A stretch of DNA of 64,000 nucleotides, taken from the NCBI GenBank assembly GCA_964412775.1, contig CAYPPX010000001.1, positions 290,699 through 354,698 of the forward strand, in the 5' to 3' direction. This DNA is from an uncultured Pseudomonadales bacterium. Its GTDB lineage: Bacteria; Patescibacteriota; Microgenomatia; UBA1400; PJMF01. Below are positions 57,426-64,000 of the stretch, piece after piece. Below the pieces are notes generated by a model. The model did not search any database. It saw nothing but the letters and a program-made list of their open reading frames with translations, and was not told where the DNA came from. Position 1 is the stretch's first letter. Each line of letters begins with the position of its first letter. The translations under genes were made by a program, and so were the position numbers.

Positions 57426-58373
57426 TTAAATTTTTATATCTAATAACCACAGAATAATGGCTTTTTGGATATGCATTCTATTTTCGGCTTGGTCAAAAAT
57501 TATCGAGTTCTGATGATCTATTGCATCACGACTAATTTCATAACCGATATGACAAGGCATGCAGTGCATGATTTTTGCTTGGGGACAGTAGTTATCAACT
57601 AGTTTTGCATTAAGTTGATATGGTGACAAAAGTTTTTTTCTTCGATTGTATTCTTTGGTAAACTCTTTTTTTATTTTGCCACCATCAAAGAACTCCATAT
57701 CCATCCAAGTATCAGTATGGACAAAATTAACATTTTTTAGACCAGTTTTTATATCAGTGGTGTAACTAATATTTCCAGTTTTATCAGCTAATTTGTTTAG
57801 TTCAGAATCAATACTATCTGGATTTGCTTCAGGAGCGATAATGCTAACTTTTATTCCCAACTTAGCAGCAGTCAGTTTTAAGGTATTTGAAACATTGTTT
57901 TCTACTCCCAACCAAGCAATTTTTTTAATTTTATTTAGTCCACCAGCTTTTTCACTCATGGTAAGAATATCACCCAAAGCCTGACAAGGGTGGTATTTTT
58001 CACTACAGGCATCTATGACTGGGATTTGGTTTTGTTGAGCAGCTAGTTCAACATCACTCGCTTTTAAAGCACGAAACATTAGGATCGAGCCATATCTCAT
58101 TACAGCTTTAATTTCATCTTTAAAATCAGTCAAGCTAAATTGAGTAGTTCTTGAGTCAAGGAAGATCGCATGGCCACCAAGTTCTGTCATAGCAGCCTCA
58201 AAAGAGAGTCTTGTTCTAGTAGAGCTTTTTTGAAAAAGCATAATTAAGGTTTTATTTTTTAAAACATCAATTATTTTTCCTTGGTTTCTAAGTTTTTTTA
58301 ATTTTTGAGCAATTGCTAATATTTCTAGTAAGTCTTTTTTAGAGTTTTCTTTAAGTGAAATTAAATGTTTCAT
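57426..58373 (-). CDS. argF: Ornithine carbamoyltransferase.
   Basis: It has the carbamoyl-phosphate motif STRTRLSFE, HPCQAL, HCMPCH (HCLP-like) and the C-terminus IFDQAENRMHIQKAIILWLL. Confidence 0.75.
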   Translation of the reverse strand: MKHLISLKENSKKDLLEILAIAQKLKKLRNQGKIIDVLKNKTLIMLFQKSSTRTRLSFEAAMTELGGHAIFLDSRTTQFSLTDFKDEIKAVMRYGSILMFRALKASDVELAAQQNQIPVIDACSEKYHPCQALGDILTMSEKAGGLNKIKKIAWLGVENNVSNTLKLTAAKLGIKVSIIAPEANPDSIDSELNKLADKTGNISYTTDIKTGLKNVNFVHTDTWMDMEFFDGGKIKKEFTKEYNRRKKLLSPYQLNAKLVDNYCPQAKIMHCMPCHIGYEISRDAIDHQNSIIFDQAENRMHIQKAIILWLLDIKI

Positions 58374-59242
58374 AAATAATTTTTTCCAATAACCCCTTTT
58401 AGTAGTTTTTTGATTGAACTTATTAAGTTGTTGCTATTTTGCCAGTATTCAATAATTTTTTCTCTTCTTTGTTCAATATTGAGGGGACTATTTATTCCTG
58501 GTCCATTAATACAACCACCCTCACAAAAGAGAATATCTAGTAGTCTAACTTTATCACTTTCTTCGAATCTTTTAATAGCTTTTTCACAATTTTGCCAACC
58601 AGAAACTACCTCAATTTCTTCATCGGCTAAAAAATCTTTAACTGCACTACTTTGAGCTAGGCCACCAGAAATTGGGTAAAGGCGAGTGTGAGCTTCTTCT
58701 AAATCAAATTTAGCTTTTTTATCAGTTTTTTCATCTTGAAGATTAAAGTAATTAAAAACCTCTGTCATTTGTTTGTAGGTAACAGAAAGAATTTCTAATT
58801 CTGGATAGTCCTCACTGGCCTCAAGTTTTTTGGCATTACATGGTCCAATAAAAATCGGTTTATGGTTTGGATATTTTTCTCTAACAATTTTGGCTGTTGC
58901 AATCATTGGCGAGTCAGCAGCAAACCCCAAATATGGTTTGAGGTGAGGGTATTTAGTTCTAATCATTCTGACGAAACTGGCGCATGGGCTGGTAATGATT
59001 CTGGCCTTTTTGTCATTTTTTAAAACTTCTAAAGCTGCTGCATTGGTATTCATTGCACCAACAGAAACTTCAACCACATAACTAAAACCAAGTCTTTTGA
59101 GTTTGCCAACTATTTGTGGTGCTTGATAAACAATCGGGAAAGATGGGGCCAACATAGCCACCATTGGTTGTTTTTTTTCGATTAGTTCAATTAGTAGTTT
59201 TGCTTCAGTGGTAATTTGTGGTTGTGGAGTTATTTCTGTCAT
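58370..59242 (-). CDS. [FeFe]-hydrogenase large-subunit H-cluster domain protein. It is truncated, with the H-domain only.
   Basis: The H-cluster motifs are L1 TSPCASF (compared with TSCCPxW), L2 GPCNAKKLE (MPCxxKxxE) and L3 FCEGGCINGPG (MACxGGCxxGGG). It has 4-nt overlaps with both neighbouring genes. Confidence 0.55.
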   Translation of the reverse strand: MTEITPQPQITTEAKLLIELIEKKQPMVAMLAPSFPIVYQAPQIVGKLKRLGFSYVVEVSVGAMNTNAAALEVLKNDKKARIITSPCASFVRMIRTKYPHLKPYLGFAADSPMIATAKIVREKYPNHKPIFIGPCNAKKLEASEDYPELEILSVTYKQMTEVFNYFNLQDEKTDKKAKFDLEEAHTRLYPISGGLAQSSAVKDFLADEEIEVVSGWQNCEKAIKRFEESDKVRLLDILFCEGGCINGPGINSPLNIEQRREKIIEYWQNSNNLISSIKKLLKGVIGKNYL

Positions 59243-59787
59243 TTTTTACTTTCTGTTTTTTGATCGAGAAATTTTGAATTACTAATTAGGATTGCTAGAA
59301 TTCCCCCACTTAGGGCAGTGATTAGTTGTATTAAACCCATAGCTTTTAGGAAAATATTTGGCACTAGGTTAGAATTAACCAAAATAAAAGCGATAAAAAA
59401 TAACAGGATTGTTTTAACTAAACTAGCTAAAATTACTTTAATGATTTCAGCATATTTTAGTGTTCTAAATACTTGCATCATCAGATAGTTTCCTAGCCAG
59501 ATAAATGGAGCCAAATAAAGTAAAAATACAGTGAAAGAACCAAATAGTACTCCATTAGTGATAGCACCTAAACTAGGTAAAACAGCCAAGAGAGTTAGTT
59601 CTTTAGTGGTTAGTTTTTTAGCACCAAGAAATAACATTAAATTGACCGCTGAACCAACGATGATTTGGTTAGCATGGTTAAGCATTGGTAAAACTAAAAT
59701 AGTTGAGTAAAAAAGAATAGTTTTGGTATTTAAACTTGCTAATGAGATAGTTTTGGCTTGGTTTTTCATTTTTAAGCTCTCCTTCAA
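59239..59787 (-). CDS. Small polytopic membrane protein (ECF-S-component-like).
   Basis: It is 182 aa with 5-6 TM helices. It is the first gene of the three-gene minus-strand operon. Confidence 0.4.
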   Translation of the reverse strand: MKESLKMKNQAKTISLASLNTKTILFYSTILVLPMLNHANQIIVGSAVNLMLFLGAKKLTTKELTLLAVLPSLGAITNGVLFGSFTVFLLYLAPFIWLGNYLMMQVFRTLKYAEIIKVILASLVKTILLFFIAFILVNSNLVPNIFLKAMGLIQLITALSGGILAILISNSKFLDQKTESKK

Positions 59788-59919
59788 TATAAATACTATA
59801 GCTGTTTTATTTAAAAAAAGGTATATTTGTAATTTGTCTTACAAAAATATTTGTAATAGTTTAATAATTGATTTAGCTGATACTTCACAACTCAGCTTAA
59901 TCTTGGGATAATTTTTTTA

Positions 59920-61260
59920 ATGAAACAAAAAAAGATTACCAACCCATTTCTAATGGTAGCGTTGTCTTTTATTTCAGTGATGTTTTTTGGTGGTTTTTTA
60001 CTAATGAATCCATGGGCGACTAGAACTGGTGTTATTACCCACCCAATTGATGCTTTATTTACGTCTGCTTCGGCTTTATTTGTTACTGGATTGGCAGTGG
60101 TTGAGACTGGTAGTTATTGGTCTGGCTGGGGTCAGTTAGTAATTTTAATGTTGGTACAGGTTGGGGCATTGGGAGTGGTAACAATTGGTGGTTATGCTGC
60201 CTATATTTTTGGTAAAAGACTTTTTTATACTGATAAACAATTATTGAGTGATGACCTTGGTGCTCACAATAAGGGTGAGGTTTTGACGATTTTAAAAGAT
60301 GTGATGTTTTATATTTTTTTAATTGAGTTCCTAGGTGCAGTTTTATTGAGTTTGGCTTTTTTTGTTCATGGTTTTAGCTGGTTAGAGTCAATTAAGTTTG
60401 GTGTTTTTCATGCTATTTCAGCTTTTGCTAATGCTGGCTTTGATATTTTTGCTCTTGGAGATAGTGGGAGAACCTTTATTCAAGTTAATTTTGCAGCCGA
60501 AATAATTATGTTCCTGATTGTAATTGGTGGTTTAGGTTATCCGGTCTGGTTGGATTTGCTGAAGAAGATCAGGCAACCCAAAAAACATCAATTAAGTTAC
60601 TATAGTAAGTTGATTATTGGTTTGAACATTGTTTTGATTATTTTGGGAACAATTGGTTTGTGGTTGTTTGAGTATAACAACCGTTATCAGTTAGTTGGTG
60701 GTTTAACTCATTTTAAAGAATCACTTTTCCATAGTATTAGTGCTAGAACAGCTGGCTTTAGTGCCTATGATTTAGCAGAGATGAGTAAGTCATCTCTAAT
60801 TATTATGATATCTTTAATGTTTATCGGTGGCTCACCAGCTTCAACAGCTGGTGGGATTAAGGTTATCTCTGCTTTTATTTTATTATTAATGATGATTGGT
60901 CTAACTAAAGGGGACCTTAATCTACAGTTTAGAAAAAGAAGCATTGATTTTGAAGTTGTCATTAGAGCAATGAGTACTGCGATTATTAGCTTAATGCTGA
61001 TTGTATTAGCTACCATGTTTATGGAGTTTTCTGACAATCCCGAGTTTCTTGATGTTTTGTTTGAGTCTTTTTCTGCGATGGGGACAGTTGGTTTATCACT
61101 AGGTTTGACTAGTAAATTATCTATCTTGAGTAAATTTATCTTAGTGTTTTTGATGTTTGTTGGCCGGGTTGGTCTATATGTTTTGTTGTATGGTTATATT
61201 TTTAGTAAAAGGAAAAAAGTAGTAAAAAAGAATTATCCAAAGGCTAAGTTATGTTTGTAA
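59920..61260 (+). CDS. ktrB: TrkH/KtrB family K+ uptake permease.
   Basis: It has four MPM repeats with Gly-rich selectivity segments (TSASALFVTGL, SAFANAGF, TAGGIKV). Confidence 0.8.
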   Translation: MKQKKITNPFLMVALSFISVMFFGGFLLMNPWATRTGVITHPIDALFTSASALFVTGLAVVETGSYWSGWGQLVILMLVQVGALGVVTIGGYAAYIFGKRLFYTDKQLLSDDLGAHNKGEVLTILKDVMFYIFLIEFLGAVLLSLAFFVHGFSWLESIKFGVFHAISAFANAGFDIFALGDSGRTFIQVNFAAEIIMFLIVIGGLGYPVWLDLLKKIRQPKKHQLSYYSKLIIGLNIVLIILGTIGLWLFEYNNRYQLVGGLTHFKESLFHSISARTAGFSAYDLAEMSKSSLIIMISLMFIGGSPASTAGGIKVISAFILLLMMIGLTKGDLNLQFRKRSIDFEVVIRAMSTAIISLMLIVLATMFMEFSDNPEFLDVLFESFSAMGTVGLSLGLTSKLSILSKFILVFLMFVGRVGLYVLLYGYIFSKRKKVVKKNYPKAKLCL

Positions 61261-61925
61261 AAAAAGATAAAAAGAAGACTAAAAATAAGTCCTTTCTAGT
61301 AATTGGTTTGGGTAGATTTGGTTCTAGTTTTTCTAGAAATGCTAGTAGGTTGGGTTGTGAAGTAGTGGCGGTAGATGAAGATGAGCATAAAGCTGCAATG
61401 TTGGTTGATGAAGTAACTGAGGCTTTATCAGGCAATATTCATGATGAAGATTTTCTAAGGTCACTCGGTGTAGAAGATTTTGATGCAGTTGTAGTAGCAA
61501 TTGGTTACGATATTGAATCAAGTGTTTTGATTACCACTTTAGTTAAAGATTTAGGGGCAAAATTTGTTGTAGCCAAAGCATCACAAGAGCTACATGAAAA
61601 AATTCTTAATAGAATTGGGGCTGATTGGGTGATTTCTCCGGAAAAAGAAACTGGTAAAAAAGTTGCTTTGAGTTTGTATTCCAATATTATTGATTCCATG
61701 GAGTTGTCTTCTGATTTTAAGTTTTTGGAACTTAAAGTTTTAAATGATTGGATTGGCAAAAAACTTTCAGAGATAGAGTTTTTTACTACTAAGCATTTAA
61801 TGTTAGTGGCTGTCAAAAGAGGTAGTGACATTTTGCTTAATAAAAATGATGATTTTGTTTTTAATGAAGATGATATTGTGGTTATTTGTGGCCACAATAA
61901 GTTTTTATTGGAGGTAATTAATTAG
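61251..61925 (+). CDS. ktrA: K+ uptake regulatory subunit KtrA/TrkA (RCK domain).
   Basis: It has the Rossmann GxGxxG LVIGLGRFGSSFSRNA plus RCK_N and RCK_C domains. Its start overlaps ktrB. Confidence 0.8.
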   Translation: MFVKKDKKKTKNKSFLVIGLGRFGSSFSRNASRLGCEVVAVDEDEHKAAMLVDEVTEALSGNIHDEDFLRSLGVEDFDAVVVAIGYDIESSVLITTLVKDLGAKFVVAKASQELHEKILNRIGADWVISPEKETGKKVALSLYSNIIDSMELSSDFKFLELKVLNDWIGKKLSEIEFFTTKHLMLVAVKRGSDILLNKNDDFVFNEDDIVVICGHNKFLLEVIN

Positions 61926-61972
61926 GCTTACTTTTTAGGAATAGTTTTTTTTAGTTTTTTTCCAGTATACTG

Positions 61973-63028
61973 TTGGGTGTGTCCTTTAATTTTTATCACT
62001 CCCTAGGCAAGACGGAGGTCTGGCCGAATCTTATTAATGCTCACCCGGCTAGTTTGACTTACGATGATGTGTTATTGGTACCGCAGACAATGACTGAGAT
62101 TAGTTCCAGAAGAGAGACAGATATTTCAGTTAATTTTGGTCCTTTTAAATTAAAAAAACCGATTGTTACCGCGCCAATGGATACAGTGAGTGGTGAGAAA
62201 ATGGCTAAATTAATGCATCAATTGGGTGGTTTGACTTTTATGCCTAGAGTATTTATCGGTGAGGCTCTAGAAGCTTGTTATCATCTACAAAAAGCTAAGG
62301 TAAATGCTGTTTACTCAATTGGTTTAAAAAATGCTTTGGAAGATGCCAAAAAATTTAAAAAATTAGGTGCCAAGATGTTACTGTTGGATGTGGCTCATGG
62401 TGGTATGGCAAACATTGTAAAAACAGCAGCTGAAATTCAAACAAAACTAGATTTAACTGTGACTGCTGGTAATATTGTGAATTACGATCAAGCGATGTCA
62501 TATAAGCAATATGGTTTGAAGATTGCTAGAGTTGGTGTTGGTGGAGGTGGTATGTGTATTACTCGGCTAGTTGCTGGAGCTGGTTTCCCTCAGCTATCTG
62601 CTATTTTTGAAACAGTTTCATCTGGATTAGAGATTATTGCTGATGGTGGAGTTAGAAAGCCGGCAGATTTTGCCAAAGCAATGGCTGCTGGGGCAAGAGT
62701 AATTATGGTTGGATCAATGTTGACTGGTACCGAAGAAGCACCTGGAGAAGTAGTGGGTGGCGTTAAAAAAGCTAGAGGTCAGGCTTCTGAGGATTATATG
62801 AAAGATAATGGTTCAGAATTGGGTGAGTTTAGAAGTGCGGAAGGAATTACGACAATGGTGCCTTACAAAGGTTCTGCTGAGGTGATTATTAATGATTTGG
62901 TAGGTGGTTTAAGAAGTGCTATGTCCTATGTGGGGGCCAGAAATCTTAAAGAATTTCAAAAGAAAGCTCAATTTACTTTGGCCTCAACAGCAGCTCAAGG
63001 AGAAGGGATTGCCCATATTAACAGGTAA
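61973..63028 (+). CDS. IMP dehydrogenase/GMP reductase family enzyme (GuaC-like, with no CBS domains).
   Basis: It has [11 protein letters not shown], the catalytic Cys loop [26 protein letters not shown] and [12 protein letters not shown]. Its 351-aa length fits GMP reductase. Confidence 0.6.
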   Translation: MGVSFNFYHSLGKTEVWPNLINAHPASLTYDDVLLVPQTMTEISSRRETDISVNFGPFKLKKPIVTAPMDTVSGEKMAKLMHQLGGLTFMPRVFIGEALEACYHLQKAKVNAVYSIGLKNALEDAKKFKKLGAKMLLLDVAHGGMANIVKTAAEIQTKLDLTVTAGNIVNYDQAMSYKQYGLKIARVGVGGGGMCITRLVAGAGFPQLSAIFETVSSGLEIIADGGVRKPADFAKAMAAGARVIMVGSMLTGTEEAPGEVVGGVKKARGQASEDYMKDNGSELGEFRSAEGITTMVPYKGSAEVIINDLVGGLRSAMSYVGARNLKEFQKKAQFTLASTAAQGEGIAHINR

Positions 63029-63091
63029 GGTTGAAGTTTATGCTTTTACCTTTGGTTAAATATAAGAGGGTCTTTTTGTTAAAATAATTAC

Positions 63092-63385
63092 ATGTTAGAA
63101 ACAGATGATAAACAAGTAGTCAAAGAAAAAACTGATTTTTTAATTAATCTACTTATTGAGGTTGGTTTTACAAATTTACAGTTTGATGGTGAAAGAAATG
63201 GGGTGGTTTTCGTCAAAGTGATTGGAAATATTGAAGAAGACACTTTTACTGAAAAAGTGGCAAAATTACCTAAAAATATTAGAGTTTATCCCTCTTGGAC
63301 TGGGTCTACTTATGAGACTGCTACACAAGGTGCAGCAGTATCTGTTAAGTATGCAAGAGATCCTAGTTTTGGAATTAGAATTTAA
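63092..63385 (+). CDS. Hypothetical small protein.
   Basis: It is a 97-aa ORF with no recognised family. Confidence 0.3.
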   Translation: MLETDDKQVVKEKTDFLINLLIEVGFTNLQFDGERNGVVFVKVIGNIEEDTFTEKVAKLPKNIRVYPSWTGSTYETATQGAAVSVKYARDPSFGIRI

Positions 63386-63701
63386 TGGTTTCAATAACAA
63401 AAAACAACTCGAACAGAAAAAAGTTCTAATTGAGCTGATTTTTTTTGATTTGTGAGTTTTGATAATTAATACATTTTAAATGAGTATTTTTTCTCAAGTA
63501 TGATAGACTATAAAGTCTCTTTAGATATTATTACAGGTTAATTTTAATTGCAAAATTAGTTTGTAATTGTCTTTAGAGGAACTTTAAAAATCTAACTTAC
63601 ACAATAAACTTTGAGACTGTTTTTTAGGGTATTTTTGAGTACTTTATAAAGCAGTCTTGAAGTTTTGGACTGAAATTTTTTTGAAAGGAGGTTAATCTAA
63701 A

Positions 63702-64000
63702 ATGGCTAACCTTTTCCATGCTGTATTGGGACACGCTGAAGAGATGTCTGTTGATCAGGCAAAAGTTGAAGTGAAAGACTTGCTGATTGATGGTGAAGTT
63801 GTTGAAAAAGGTTTTAAGTTTTTCAGAGATATGATCATCTTTACTAATAAGCGGCTGATCTTTGTCAATAAACAGGGATTTACCGGCAATAAAATGGATC
63901 GAAGATCAATTCCTTGGAAAACTGTAACTGGTTTTTCAGCAGAAAATGCTGGCACTTTTGACTTAGACGAAGAACTGAAGATCTGGGTCAGAGGTTTGGA
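63702..64000 (+). CDS. Bacterial PH-domain protein (bPH-like). It is a partial CDS running off the window end.
   Basis: A perfect SD AAGGAGG at 63685-63691 precedes the ATG at 63702. Hand translation gives MANLFHAVLGHAEEMSVDQAKVEVKDLLIDGEVVEKGFKFFRDMIIFTNKRLIFVNKQGFTGNKMDRRSIPWKTVTGFSAE... with no stop. It is absent from the ORF track. Confidence 0.55.
   Translation, partial: MANLFHAVLGHAEEMSVDQAKVEVKDLLIDGEVVEKGFKFFRDMIIFTNKRLIFVNKQGFTGNKMDRRSIPWKTVTGFSAENAGTFDLDEELKIWVRGL

Noticed and set aside
59788-59919. A c-di-AMP (ydaO-type) riboswitch upstream of ktrB.
   Set aside because: The region is only about 130 nt, very AT-rich and lacks the paired GGGGA/CCC helices of that class.
24426-61897. 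A second set of embedded short ORFs. Examples are 24426..24632, 26448..26753, 27999..28253, 30090..30980 (four), 33090..33284, 33611..33907, 37020..37235, 39289..39642, 40000..40263, 40298..40480, 44553..44798, 46744..47160, 49497..49877, 50073..50360, 51555..51794, 57793..57984, 58410..58655, 59723..59911, 60765..61037, 61244..61435, 61505..61897, 63222..63455 and 63755..63955.
   Set aside because: The reasons are the same. The last one is antisense to the SD-preceded PH-domain gene starting at 63702.
1-64000. A CRISPR array, rRNA operon, transposase/IS element or integrase.
   Set aside because: No regularly spaced direct repeats, rRNA-like conserved stretches, or DDE/tyrosine-recombinase motifs were seen in any frame I examined.

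Overview
This is a dense, low-GC (about 33-35%) bacterial chromosomal segment with genes on both strands. It uses the standard genetic code: a full-length RF2 is present and TGA acts as a stop. Overall it looks like a small-genome Gram-positive-like or Patescibacteria-like organism.

Housekeeping content (+ strand unless marked):
- A DUF4012-like protein, prfB, a hypothetical gene, then ftsE-ftsX and an EnvC-like M23 peptidase.
- recA, then rny (RNase Y), then secG.
- An M29 aminopeptidase followed by map, then rpoD with tRNA-Asn directly downstream.
- tRNA-Ser(UGA) and tRNA-Pro(GGG) on the minus strand.
- ktrB-ktrA potassium uptake, a GuaC-like IMPDH/GMP-reductase family enzyme, an inositol monophosphatase family protein, bcp, and several NUDIX hydrolases.

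Accessory-looking content:
- A GC-rich island (about 21.6-23.3 kb, up to about 56% GC) encoding two lipoproteins. Each has a perfect consensus sigma70 promoter, and the second has a roughly 370-nt highly structured leader.
- Two glycan-biosynthesis modules. One is a GT2, a 1087-aa polytopic membrane protein, a C39-like secreted protein and RmlC. The other is a SAM methyltransferase, a Dpm1-like GT2 and a GT-C enzyme.
- A cytoplasmic LRR plus Ser/Thr-kinase-like protein.
- A copper operon: an ArsR-YHS regulator, copA, a membrane-cupredoxin fusion and copZ, with an inverted-repeat operator at its start.
- A minus-strand operon joining a small membrane protein, a truncated [FeFe]-hydrogenase H-cluster-domain protein that lacks the proton-relay cysteine, and ornithine carbamoyltransferase.
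- A roughly 20-nt direct duplication of the tRNA-Pro 3' end about 200 bp away, which looks like an integration scar.
- A block of uncharacterised genes at 49-53 kb.

No CRISPR array, rRNA, transposase or integrase was seen. Partial CDSs run off both window edges: a Mur-ligase-like gene at 1..546 (minus) and a bacterial PH-domain gene at 63702..64000 (plus). Neither is in the ORF track.
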